Origin: a virus
Taxonomy: Duplodnaviria > Caudoviricetes
DNA: 52,465 bases
IMG/VR virus record: IMGVR_UViG_3300045944_000450
Coordinates: 1 to 52,465 of that record
Reading direction: 5' to 3' (one strand)
A program made the translations under genes and the position numbers. Under the pieces are notes generated by a model. The model was not told the DNA's origin and ran no database searches. It saw nothing but the letters and a program-made list of their open reading frames with translations. Positions 37,111 to 45,376 of the stretch are shown here, piece after piece; position 1 is the stretch's first letter, and every line of letters begins with the position of its first letter.

Positions 37111-37262
37111 AGGCGTCTCTCCAAAAACTCCTGCCGACTCAGTATAGGTTCTGCGGGGTCTGTTTCTCTCTTCCAGTATACTCTATTCTTCTCTAGCGGC
37201 ATAGCGTAAAGAGATCGCTTGTCACGCGCATGCACGCACTCATTCACTCTGCATATGAGCCA

Positions 37263-37291
37263 TTGCGCTTCTCATGCATGCATATTATACT
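37263..37291 (+). promoter_or_regulatory. Sigma70-type promoter candidate
   Basis: TTGCGC-17 nt-TATACT upstream of the 37413 gene. Confidence 0.5.
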
Positions 37292-37412
37292 TAGATCTAC
37301 CCGACTCATACGCCCCTCTCTGGCCATGCCACCAGAGTCTTCTGTTGTCTCATAATAGGAGTAAAAGGTATGTATATGGTATGAACATACCACGGAGAGA
37401 AAGGACGAAGCC

Positions 37413-37892
37413 ATGCAAGAGTATATTCAGCGTCTTCAAGCAAGAAAGAGAGAGATAGCAAAAAGAATGAAAGACTTGGAAAAGTACATTCGTGAAGTTC
37501 AACAGCTTGACAATGAATTGCAGCATATTGATGCCATATTACATATGCATGTAAAAACTGAGGAAACATTAGAAGAACCCACTGGACAAATCCCCTATAT
37601 TCATATACTATATAGTCATAATAACAGGAAAATTCCTTCTGGCATAGCCAGACATATTCTGGCTCTTTTTGCTGACAACAACAAACCTCTCCCCATCAAT
37701 ATGATCCATCAACGCCTCAAAGAGCAAGGTATCAACACTAGCATGTCAGGCGTCAATACTGCTCTACGTCGAAACACGGTTTTTTTTGAACAGATAGAGA
37801 AGTTCTTTTGGAGGCTGAGGATAACAGGCCATCAGGAGGTGAGCCAAGAAGAGAGCCAACCAACGCTAGCAGAAGAGGTAGTGGCACAATGA
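37413..37892 (+). CDS. Coiled-coil plus winged-helix-like protein
   Basis: AAGGA RBS; N-terminal heptads; ILALF...PLPINMIHQRL...VNTAL...F.....WRL. Confidence 0.65.
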   Translation: MQEYIQRLQARKREIAKRMKDLEKYIREVQQLDNELQHIDAILHMHVKTEETLEEPTGQIPYIHILYSHNNRKIPSGIARHILALFADNNKPLPINMIHQRLKEQGINTSMSGVNTALRRNTVFFEQIEKFFWRLRITGHQEVSQEESQPTLAEEVVAQ

Positions 37893-37930
37893 TACGATAG
37901 ATATATAGTTGGTAATGAAGAAAGTGGTGG

Positions 37931-38005
37931 GGCCGCGTGGGCAAGAAGCAAGCCGTCCGACTCGCAAATCGGAAGACGGGAGTGCAACTCTCCTCGCGGC
38001 CTCCA
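37931..38005 (+). tRNA. tRNA-Cys-like gene with an 8-nt anticodon loop, possibly a pseudo-tRNA
   Basis: Acceptor GGCCGCG/CGCGGCC plus T-CCA; D stem GGC/GCC; anticodon stem TCCGA/TCGGA with loop CTCGCAAA; T stem GGGAG/CTCCT with loop TGCAACT. Confidence 0.7.
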
Positions 38006-38143
38006 CTGCATACCTTGCGTCCCCAGTGTTGGAGCACTGAGGACGCGCAACCAGGAGACCCCGCAAAGGGTACTGAGTTGCACCCGCTAGGGCAATTCAG
38101 TATACCCTGTGTGCGGGTCTCTGTCCAGAGGGAGACTCGTACC

Positions 38144-39373
38144 ATGGATACCCGTCAAGAACGCGGATTACAACTGGCCCAACGCGGCCATGTCGTGAAA
38201 CACGCCAATGGTTGGAAAGTGCTCTCACAGACTGGCAATGGCCATTATCTAGTCACCGTCGATGATATACCGTCTTGTACCTGTCGAGATTTTGAATTAC
38301 GCGGCTCCAAATGCAAGCATATCTATGCGGTCGAAGATCTCATTTCCTGGCAAACGACTACGAATGCGGACCAAACCATCACGACGACGACCAAAACGGT
38401 CCGCATTACCTATAAACAGAACTGGCCGGTCTATAATGCGGCGCAGACCGAGGAGAAGGTCCGCTTCATTCCCCTCTTAGAGGCCCTTTGTAGCCTCATC
38501 GAACAGCCACCACAAGCGACAGGCAGACCGCGATTGTTGCTGTGCGATATGGTGTTTGCCTGCGTCTATAAAGTCTATGAAGGCTTCTCGTCACGTCGCT
38601 TCATGGGCGATCTCCACGAGGCAGAAGCCCAGGAGCATATCGATAAAGCCGCCCATTTTAATAGCGTGTCGCGCTATCTTGCCACCCCCGCCTTGACGGA
38701 CCTGTTGACGCAGCTTGTCACGGTGAGCAGTCTGCCGCTCAAAGGCATTGAGCATAACTTTGCCGTCGATTCCTCTGGGTTTTCGACCTGTCGGTTTGTG
38801 CGATGGTTTAACAAGAAGTATGGTAGGGAAATCGACAACCGGGAATGGGTCAAAGCCCATCTCATGGTGGGCGTGGACACCAAGATTGTCACCAGTGTGG
38901 AAATGAGCGGCTGGGCCGCCAATGACACCACCTATTTTGTGCCACTGTTGGAGCGGACAGCGCAGTATTTCCCGCTCCAGGATGTCTCAGCCGATAAGGC
39001 ATATTTGAGCCATAAAAACCTGCGAGCGACTGCCAAAGCCAAGGCCGTGCCGTTTATTCCCTTCAAGATCAATACCGCCGTCCCCAAAGGGAATACGATT
39101 TGGTCTGAGATGTATCATTACTTTATGAGTAACAGGGACGAATTCTTGACGCACTATCACAAGCGGTCGAATGTGGAAACGGCCTTCTCAATGATCAAGA
39201 CGAAATTTGGGGACTCCGTGAGGAGTAAGAGCCCTGCTGGGCAACTGAATGAGGTCTTATGCAAGGTACTCTGTCACAATATTTGCGTGATCATCCAGGG
39301 CATTTACGAATTTGACCTTACCCCGACTTTTGGTGCAGAAACGCGGCTTGCACTCAAAACTGTGGAAAACTAG
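38144..39373 (+). CDS. DDE transposase (IS4/IS5-type) with N-terminal SWIM zinc finger
   Basis: CTCxDF...CKH; AVDSSG, WVKAH, SADKAY, YHKRSNVETAFS.IK; GGGAG RBS; stop overlaps the right TIR. Confidence 0.92.
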   Translation: MDTRQERGLQLAQRGHVVKHANGWKVLSQTGNGHYLVTVDDIPSCTCRDFELRGSKCKHIYAVEDLISWQTTTNADQTITTTTKTVRITYKQNWPVYNAAQTEEKVRFIPLLEALCSLIEQPPQATGRPRLLLCDMVFACVYKVYEGFSSRRFMGDLHEAEAQEHIDKAAHFNSVSRYLATPALTDLLTQLVTVSSLPLKGIEHNFAVDSSGFSTCRFVRWFNKKYGREIDNREWVKAHLMVGVDTKIVTSVEMSGWAANDTTYFVPLLERTAQYFPLQDVSADKAYLSHKNLRATAKAKAVPFIPFKINTAVPKGNTIWSEMYHYFMSNRDEFLTHYHKRSNVETAFSMIKTKFGDSVRSKSPAGQLNEVLCKVLCHNICVIIQGIYEFDLTPTFGAETRLALKTVEN

Positions 39374-39391
39374 GACTTTTGGTGCAAAGCC

Positions 39392-39552
39392 GCATAGGCT
39401 CTGGCATAGTCTGGGTCCGGCGTGCCGGTCCAGGGGGAGGTGTCAAGAGCTTCCCACCCTGCGGGGAGAACCTCGGGTAAGAATGCGGGCAGGGGGCATG
39501 GGATCAGATCCCCGAGGTGGTAGGCTTTGCCACGATGATAGACTCTTGGCAT
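39392..39552 (-). pseudogene. 5' part of the gene disrupted by the transposon
   Basis: AAGGAG RBS; MPRVYHRG...DYARAYA continues as KYERLRVLVS after the left TSD. Confidence 0.85.
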
Positions 39553-39587
39553 GAGAGGGCTCCTTTTTAGGGTGGGACAACAGGGAA

Positions 39588-39632
39588 AATCGTTGTAATC
39601 GTTATAATGGTTTAAACCGTTTAAATCGTTTA
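39588..39632. repeat. Five degenerate tandem AT-rich 9-mers
   Basis: AATCGTTGT AATCGTTAT AATGGTTTA AACCGTTTA AATCGTTTA. Confidence 0.75.
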
Positions 39633-39645
39633 TACGATTATGCCT

Positions 39646-39807
39646 CTACCGCTGCGAGGCCCCCTGCACCGGCAGCGAGGTGCCGGCACAATCCCCGCGC
39701 GGGTTGGCGGTCCAGGTGAACAGGGCCAGCGCCACGACACTCCCAGCCACGGTCACGACAATGACGAGGCGCAGTGCCCGGATCCACGAGGCGGGGAGCG
39801 GCGTCAT
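39646..39807 (-). CDS. 53-aa single-TM protein (absent from the ORF track)
   Basis: MTPLPASWIRALRLVIVVTVAGSVVALALFTW...; ATGA overlap with the upstream gene. Confidence 0.55.
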   Translation of the reverse strand: MTPLPASWIRALRLVIVVTVAGSVVALALFTWTANPRGDCAGTSLPVQGASQR

Positions 39808-39998
39808 GGCCGTGTCGCCTGCCTGTCTTGCTGCTGCGCCAGCGTGACGCAGGTCTGCGCCAGCCGTACCAGGTCAGCTTGGAGCCGGGCCCGCGTCTGG
39901 GCCAGGTGGCGTTGCTCGTCGCGCAAGGCGAGGTCTTGCCGGGCCAGCAGGTCGAGCTGGCGGCGGGTCGTGGTTAAGGTGTCAGTCGGCATCGGCAT
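39804..39998 (-). CDS. Small coiled-coil protein
   Basis: GGAGAG RBS; overlaps both neighbours. Confidence 0.5.
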   Translation of the reverse strand: MPMPTDTLTTTRRQLDLLARQDLALRDEQRHLAQTRARLQADLVRLAQTCVTLAQQQDRQATRP

Positions 39999-40290
39999 GG
40001 ACAGTCTCTCCTTTGCGTTGCAGGGTGGTGAACAGGCGTTGTGCTGCTGCGAGCGTGAACGCTGTGAAGCCCTCGCGGCCCCAGGCGGTCGCGCCTGGAT
40101 ACGCCTCGTGGGCGGGCGTGGTGTCGCCGTTGGGCCAGGTATGCGCCGGACGCTCGCGAATCCGCACCACCTCGTAGCGGATCGCCTGCCCGGCCTTGTG
40201 CCGTTGCGCATAAATGGCGTAGGCGCCCTGGCGGACAATCTGGGTATAGTGAAACGTGGCATCGTCAAAATGGGTCGGCAGTGGGTGCAT
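39982..40290 (-). CDS. Hypothetical phage protein
   Basis: AGGAGGAG RBS; globular composition (YEVV, EAYP...WG). Confidence 0.7.
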   Translation of the reverse strand: MHPLPTHFDDATFHYTQIVRQGAYAIYAQRHKAGQAIRYEVVRIRERPAHTWPNGDTTPAHEAYPGATAWGREGFTAFTLAAAQRLFTTLQRKGETVHADAD

Positions 40291-40459
40291 CGTCTCCTCC
40301 TGGGAACAATCGCGTTTTTGGGTGTATACAAACGGAAATACGCCGTCCACGCCTCCAGGGGTCTCCAAATACCTCCCTGGGGGCGTGCGTGCCTTCGAGC
40401 GTGTACCGTGCGCCTAAAAACGGGTATGCCTACGGAGCCTCCTTTTGCGTGCGCGTCCA

Positions 40460-41356
40460 TCAATTCTCAAAGAGGCCCTCGATGCGGGCGGCCTCGTCTC
40501 CCTCCTGCCGCAGGGGCGAACGCTCGTCCTCCGCCAGCAGTTCTCCGGTCTCGGGATCCACGGCGTAGGATGCTGGTGCAGCTCGTAGGGCTTCGGGAGC
40601 GGTCGGATTGACGCCCTCGCCAAACAGGTCCACAACGTTCTGCCGGTGGCGCTCGGGGGCGATGTCATCCTGCTCGCGCGCGGCATCCTCGTCGAGCATG
40701 GCCCGCTGCCCGGGCGTGAGCCGGACGTATTTCGCCACGCGCTTGATCGCGGTCTTCCGACACATCATGACGCGATCCGTGACCCAGGGGCCGCTCTCGT
40801 GGGCCGGGGCCCGCTTCATCACGGCCTCGATGTCGTCGAGACTCAGCACCTCAAAGGCACACGTGCCGTCGGTAAACATCACCGCGCCATAGTAGAACAA
40901 CACCGCGCCAGGCGCCTTCCCGAGCGTCACAGCGGGCCGATGCACGGGGCGGTCGGCGAACATATCAAAGCCCCACTCATCCCCCTCCTGGACGGGATGG
41001 GCGAAGGCCCGGCGCACCTTGCCCGAGCGTTCAAGCGCGAGGATCACGCCAAAGTAGTTGGGGACAAAGGTGGCCTCCTTCTTGCCACCCTTGCGCCGAT
41101 TGGCAAACGGCAGGAGGTGCACATCCCTGCCGGGCAGCAAGCCATAGGTCGCGGCCTTAATCACAGCGTCGCGCAAGCTCTCTTGGGTACACTCGGCCAA
41201 CCCTGGCCGGCCCGCCAGCTCTAAATAGAGGGCGGCACGAAATTGCTCTGGGGTGATGTCTGGGGGCAACAGCGCCGGGACATGGGGCATCAGGCCCTGC
41301 ATGGTCTGCACCATGGGGGCGGTAAGGGGACGTTTGACTATGGCGGCTTCTGACAT
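40460..41356 (-). CDS. recT: RecT-family ssDNA annealing recombinase
   Basis: LAECTQES, GLLP...LLPF, Y.G...L..RSG, V.EGD, GPW.TD...M.RKTAIKR..KY. Confidence 0.9.
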   Translation of the reverse strand: MSEAAIVKRPLTAPMVQTMQGLMPHVPALLPPDITPEQFRAALYLELAGRPGLAECTQESLRDAVIKAATYGLLPGRDVHLLPFANRRKGGKKEATFVPNYFGVILALERSGKVRRAFAHPVQEGDEWGFDMFADRPVHRPAVTLGKAPGAVLFYYGAVMFTDGTCAFEVLSLDDIEAVMKRAPAHESGPWVTDRVMMCRKTAIKRVAKYVRLTPGQRAMLDEDAAREQDDIAPERHRQNVVDLFGEGVNPTAPEALRAAPASYAVDPETGELLAEDERSPLRQEGDEAARIEGLFEN

Positions 41357-41357
41357 C

Positions 41358-41609
41358 TCAATCCCTTTCTGCCATACTGTGATTCTTCGCATCACGTCGT
41401 TCCTGAGCGGCGTCTAGGCTCGTCTCCTGGGGGCCGCTCACGTGTCCCAGGGCCTTACATACATGCTTCTCGCCTAAGACCGGGCTCAGCGGCTCGGCCA
41501 GCTTCTTCACTTTGCCCGCGATACTGATGCCGCGCAGCACGGTTGCCCCGCAGTGCTGACAGGGGATCAGCAGGCGCTGGGGTGGGCGGTATGGTGACGG
41601 TGGACTCAC
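41358..41609 (-). CDS. Small zinc-finger-like protein
   Basis: CQHC...HVC; GTGA overlap with GGAGGG RBS. Confidence 0.55.
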   Translation of the reverse strand: MSPPSPYRPPQRLLIPCQHCGATVLRGISIAGKVKKLAEPLSPVLGEKHVCKALGHVSGPQETSLDAAQERRDAKNHSMAERD

Positions 41610-42673
41610 AGCAATCCCTCCTGGCGAAAAAACTGCTCCAGGTCGGCACGGTAATAGGTGTTGACATGGGTCTGGGCCAGTACATCCCAGATCTGTTCCG
41701 GATCCCACTGCGGGTTCGCAGCACGACACTGCCGGGCAAGTCGCCTGCCCCAGTCTTGGGTTTGCGGGACTGATACGCGCCTCCGCAACACGGTTTCCAC
41801 AAACACACGCAGCGACAGGCGGCCTGGCCGCTCGCCTATTTTCGTCTGTAAATCGGCAATCTGGCGGGTATGTTCTCCCAGAGCCTCTTTATGGTCCTCG
41901 ACCGTATCCCGCACGCGGATGAGTTCTTGCGCAAGTGCGGTAATATGCTGCGAGTGCGCCACGATCATCGCGAGGGGGTCCATGCCCTCCCTGGGGACTG
42001 GCATGGGCATACTGGACTGCACAACGGCTGGGCGAGTGGATGAGGCCGGTGCCGTGGGCATGGGCACGGCTGTCTCGGCGAAGTGCTGAAAGATCATCAC
42101 TTGCAAAGCGGGATCGTAGGCGGCTGCGAAATGCAAGGCAATGGTCATGATCCACCAGTGCACGCCGTCGCCATCGTCAAACGCCACGAAGGCATGCAGA
42201 TTGGCGATGTCTTTCCCACTAAAGGACAGCATAAGCTGCTCGCGGAAGGCATTGCCCTCTTTCTGGATCCAGTAATCTTGCCGCAAAAGGTCGTCAGGAT
42301 TCCGCCCGAGTTTCCGGGCTGTTTGCGTCACGAGGTCGGCACGCGCCACATAGGGATAGCCCTCGGCACTCAGGGCCGCACGAATCGGGCCATAGTCGCC
42401 GCTCATGGCGGTTTTCTTCACAAGACTGGGGAGATTGGATGCCATACTCACCTCTTGATGACACTCGGCACACAAGGTCAGCAGTGCACGCGGGGGCGAT
42501 TCCCATGGGGGCACGTCAGGCGTATACCAGCGGTGATGCACGTGGAGCTCCTTGCTGGTCGTGCCGCATTGCTGACATTGCCAACGGTCCCGCGCAAGAA
42601 TTTCCAAGCGGCGGCGCTGCCAACGTGGATCCCGCAACTGGTGGTGATAGGGGATGCGTGGCTCTCTGGGCAT
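41606..42673 (-). CDS. HNH domain fused to a KilA-N-like domain and antirepressor-type C-terminus
   Basis: DPRWQRRRLEILARD..CQQC...LHVHH...LCAECH; TARKLGR...IALHFAAAYDP; WGRRLARQC...VNTY. Confidence 0.7.
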   Translation of the reverse strand: MPREPRIPYHHQLRDPRWQRRRLEILARDRWQCQQCGTTSKELHVHHRWYTPDVPPWESPPRALLTLCAECHQEVSMASNLPSLVKKTAMSGDYGPIRAALSAEGYPYVARADLVTQTARKLGRNPDDLLRQDYWIQKEGNAFREQLMLSFSGKDIANLHAFVAFDDGDGVHWWIMTIALHFAAAYDPALQVMIFQHFAETAVPMPTAPASSTRPAVVQSSMPMPVPREGMDPLAMIVAHSQHITALAQELIRVRDTVEDHKEALGEHTRQIADLQTKIGERPGRLSLRVFVETVLRRRVSVPQTQDWGRRLARQCRAANPQWDPEQIWDVLAQTHVNTYYRADLEQFFRQEGLL

Positions 42674-42682
42674 ACGTGCCGT

Positions 42683-43294
42683 TTATCCCTGGGTGTCTTC
42701 ATCTTGCAGGCGTTTGATCTGGTCGCGCAGCCTGGCTCTCGCTTGCTCCGGATCTTCACTGGGGCTGTACCCCCACATCTCTTCGACGAGCGCCGGTATC
42801 TCGTCATCGTTGGCTGCATGCGGGATCGCGACCGGGACAGGCCGGGGCATTGTCGGCTCCATCGCCGTGGCACGGCGCGGAGTCTCGATCGTTGTAAAAC
42901 CCTCGACAAGCGGCGGCGTTTGCTGCCGCCGATATTTCTCAGGGGCCTGGGCGTAGGAGGCTGCGGCAATGCGGTCCTGCGCGTGGGCCATCATCTGCCG
43001 CGCCTCCCACCAGGGCAGGAGGTCGCCTGTCTCAGGGTTGGGGAAGTTACTGTACTGCTCGATCAGCCCGGCCACCCACCGGCATACATCGTCCACGAGG
43101 TCAGGCCGCTGCTTGGCCGTGTCGCGCAGCTTGACATACTGCTCCGTGAGATGGCTGCGCAAGGTGTCGAGCCCTCCCGCTGCGGCCAGGCTGAGTTGGT
43201 GCTTGCTGCGGGCCTGGGGGTCGGGCGTCAGACACTCAGGGCAGCGGCCAGCGGGGGAAAAGTCGCTAGCGTTGTCGGTTTTTTTGCGTGGCAT
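42683..43294 (-). CDS. Hypothetical protein downstream of the initiator
   Basis: GGAG RBS; CPEC motif; overlaps the initiator 3' end. Confidence 0.6.
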   Translation of the reverse strand: MPRKKTDNASDFSPAGRCPECLTPDPQARSKHQLSLAAAGGLDTLRSHLTEQYVKLRDTAKQRPDLVDDVCRWVAGLIEQYSNFPNPETGDLLPWWEARQMMAHAQDRIAAASYAQAPEKYRRQQTPPLVEGFTTIETPRRATAMEPTMPRPVPVAIPHAANDDEIPALVEEMWGYSPSEDPEQARARLRDQIKRLQDEDTQG

Positions 43295-44234
43295 ACGTTG
43301 TTCTCCGGTCGTGTTCATAGGCACGCTCAAGCCAGGTCCGTACAAACCGCTTCCAACCCTTAGTGGGGGTGCGGCGCGGGTTCTCGCGGAGCCAGGCGTG
43401 CATCTTGGCGAACTCCCGCTCCAGCCATTGGTTGGTGGGGCTGTTGCAGGTGTAACTCAGGTCATTCCACCAGTCGTTATCGTTCAGGGCAGTAAGGGGA
43501 AGCTCAAAGGCTGTGAGCAGGTTGGTGAGTCCAGGCCATTCCTCGGGGTTGATGGGTTTGGGGGTGTTCTTGGGTTTCTCCAGGGCGACGACAGTCACTG
43601 GCGAAGCGTCGCCGTACTGCCCTGGAGTGTGAACGCTGTTTACAGCTCCAGGGTAACTCTCGAACGTAGTGAGAGAGTTGTCTTCTTTCTTAATGGGTTC
43701 TTTCTTAATGGGATCTTCTTTGGTTCGTATTGTGAACACTGAGTTCATATTGTGAACACTGAGTTCATATTGTGAACACTGACGATCATCTGAGTTCATA
43801 TTGTGAACACTAGACTCGCTAACTTGCTGAGACACGGCATCTTCGCTATCATTAATAGTGTTCGTATTGTGAACACAAAACTCCTGCATGTTGGCGAGCC
43901 ATATATCTTTGATGCGGATATGGTCCGCGTCACGTCTAGGGTTCTTGCCTTTTTTGATGGTGACAAGTCCCTTGCTGACGAGTTCCTGCTTGGCCTCGCT
44001 TGCCTGTCCTCGGCTCATGCCAGATTCGAGGGCAATCGTTGTGGTGCTGCGGAAGCAGACGCTCTCGTCTCCCGCAACGCTCTTGAGATACACATAGAGC
44101 CATTTTGCATACACAGAGAGGTCGCGGCTTTTGACGCCACGTATAACCGTGTTTGGGATCTCGGTGCGGTATTTGTGGAGCGAGCCTTCTTCCACAATCC
44201 GCGTTGTTTTTGTTGAGCGTGGCGCCTCATTCAT
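43266..44234 (-). CDS. Replication initiator (N-terminal wHTH, lambda O-like layout)
   Basis: LSVYAKWLYVYL...STTTIALESGMSR..ASEAKQELVSKGLV; internal iterons. Confidence 0.85.
   Translation of the reverse strand: MNEAPRSTKTTRIVEEGSLHKYRTEIPNTVIRGVKSRDLSVYAKWLYVYLKSVAGDESVCFRSTTTIALESGMSRGQASEAKQELVSKGLVTIKKGKNPRRDADHIRIKDIWLANMQEFCVHNTNTINDSEDAVSQQVSESSVHNMNSDDRQCSQYELSVHNMNSVFTIRTKEDPIKKEPIKKEDNSLTTFESYPGAVNSVHTPGQYGDASPVTVVALEKPKNTPKPINPEEWPGLTNLLTAFELPLTALNDNDWWNDLSYTCNSPTNQWLEREFAKMHAWLRENPRRTPTKGWKRFVRTWLERAYEHDRRTTYATQKNRQR
43683..43877. repeat. Replication origin: five iterons plus AT-rich repeats inside the initiator gene
   Basis: GTTCRTATTGTGAACAC at 43723, 43743, 43763, 43794 and 43860; TTCTTTCTTAATGGG twice at 43683-43712. 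Confidence 0.88.
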
Positions 44235-44299
44235 GACGATCTCCAAGGGCAACATGCTCGGCTTTCCAGCTCGCTTCCGCGCTGAATCGCAGCAAGTAA

Positions 44300-44328
44300 A
44301 TAGTACTTTAAAGTACTGAATATGTCAA
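44300..44328 (-). promoter_or_regulatory. Consensus promoter for the initiator with an overlapping palindromic operator
   Basis: TTGACA-17-TACTAT; perfect palindrome AGTACTTTAAAGTACT at 44302-44317. Confidence 0.75.
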
Positions 44329-44346
44329 ATATGAACGTGTAAAATA

Positions 44347-44375
44347 TTGAACTTCTCTGCTCCGTTGGGTACTAT
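44347..44375 (+). promoter_or_regulatory. Promoter for the divergent XRE gene
   Basis: TTGAAC-17-TACTAT followed by GGAGGAG RBS. Confidence 0.65.
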
Positions 44376-44396
44376 CATTGTGGGAGGAGAACGACG

Positions 44397-44648
44397 ATGG
44401 CGCTTGGTGAACGCATACGGCAACGGCGCGAGTATTTGCGCATGTCTCAACAAGATCTGGCTCAGTTGTCTCATATGCCGCAAACCATCGTCTCCCGTAT
44501 TGAACGTGGGGTGAATAAGAACCCCGGCGCTGATGTCCTCAAGCGCCTGGCCATTGCCCTCCGCTGCTCGGTAGACTGGCTCCTTGAGATGTACGACGAT
44601 GCCCCTGACGACATCTCCGCCCTCCTTCCTGCCTGCGCTTCTCCCTAG
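44397..44648 (+). CDS. XRE-family HTH regulator
   Basis: LGERIRQRR...SQQDLA...VSRIERG...P...L..LA.AL..SVDWLL. Confidence 0.92.
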   Translation: MALGERIRQRREYLRMSQQDLAQLSHMPQTIVSRIERGVNKNPGADVLKRLAIALRCSVDWLLEMYDDAPDDISALLPACASP

Positions 44649-44875
44649 CCTTTCTCCGCCTCCGGCTGTGGTCTCGCCGTCTCTGTGCTGCGCAGGGCCA
44701 CCCACGTCCCCGACGGTCCCACGAGGCACTGCCACACGCAGTCCAGTTGCACGGGCTCGGGCTGTGGTTCCACGAGGTAGCCACACCAGGGGCAGACATA
44801 GGGATGCCCGTGGCAGCGAAACACGGGGCGCCAGAGCCACTGCCAGAGGTCAAGCAGCCACGCATACAGCGCCAT
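44645..44875 (-). CDS. Small zinc-finger protein
   Basis: AAGGAG RBS; CPWC and CVWQC. Confidence 0.55.
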   Translation of the reverse strand: MALYAWLLDLWQWLWRPVFRCHGHPYVCPWCGYLVEPQPEPVQLDCVWQCLVGPSGTWVALRSTETARPQPEAEKG

Positions 44876-45245
44876 GGCGCGCTCCTTTCCGGCGATGGTC
44901 GTAGAACGCCGTCAACTCCCGGCTACACTGCCGGCACTGCGAGCGGCGCCCATCCTTGGCCGGCGTTGAGTGCCCAAACCACCCGAGCGTCCTGGCCTGG
45001 AGGCAGTAGGTGCAGACCTTCCAGCCGGGCGGACAGGTGGCGCGGAGGACCTGGAGCTGCTCGCGGCGCGTCAGCACGCCGCCAGCGGCCAGCCGCACCT
45101 GGAGCCGGGCCAGGCGCCGGGCTTTGGTGGTGTGGTAATACTGGTGACTCGCCGCTTTGTCGCACGGGATGCACACAAAGCGGCGCCTGACACCCTGGTA
45201 AAACGGCCCAGGCGCCTCGCAGCGGGTACAGTGGCGCTCAGGCAT
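44850..45245 (-). CDS. Cys-rich zinc-finger protein
   Basis: Four CxxC pairs; KDGRRSQCRQC; GGAGG RBS. Confidence 0.65.
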   Translation of the reverse strand: MPERHCTRCEAPGPFYQGVRRRFVCIPCDKAASHQYYHTTKARRLARLQVRLAAGGVLTRREQLQVLRATCPPGWKVCTYCLQARTLGWFGHSTPAKDGRRSQCRQCSRELTAFYDHRRKGARHGAVCVAA

Positions 45246-45376
45246 GATGTGGATCCTCCGGTTGGCCGACGATCCGGCCCCAGGCGCGGCGTGAGGCCAT
45301 CCAGCACGGTTCGAGAGCCGTATCGAAGTGGACCCAGAGCGCAGGCCAGGAGCGCCACGTCCAGGGCCAGGCGGGC

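Larger units (their letters stand above)
35502..39391 (+). mobile_element. 3890-bp DDE transposon with passenger genes
   Basis: 19-bp TIRs matching 18/19 (35502-35520, 39373-39391); perfect inner 18-bp IR (35542-35559, 39323-39340); TSD GCATAGGCT at 35493-35501 and 39392-39400. Confidence 0.95.

Noticed and set aside
37937-38143. N-terminal extension of the transposase shown in the ORF track
   Set aside because: It overlaps the tRNA-like gene and hairpins; ATG 38144 has the RBS
42083-43742. + strand ORFs 42083-43363 and 42969-43742
   Set aside because: Antisense shadows of the - strand replication operon
43723-43877. CRISPR array
   Set aside because: Repeats are mostly directly adjacent without unique spacers, lie within the initiator ORF, and no cas genes are present
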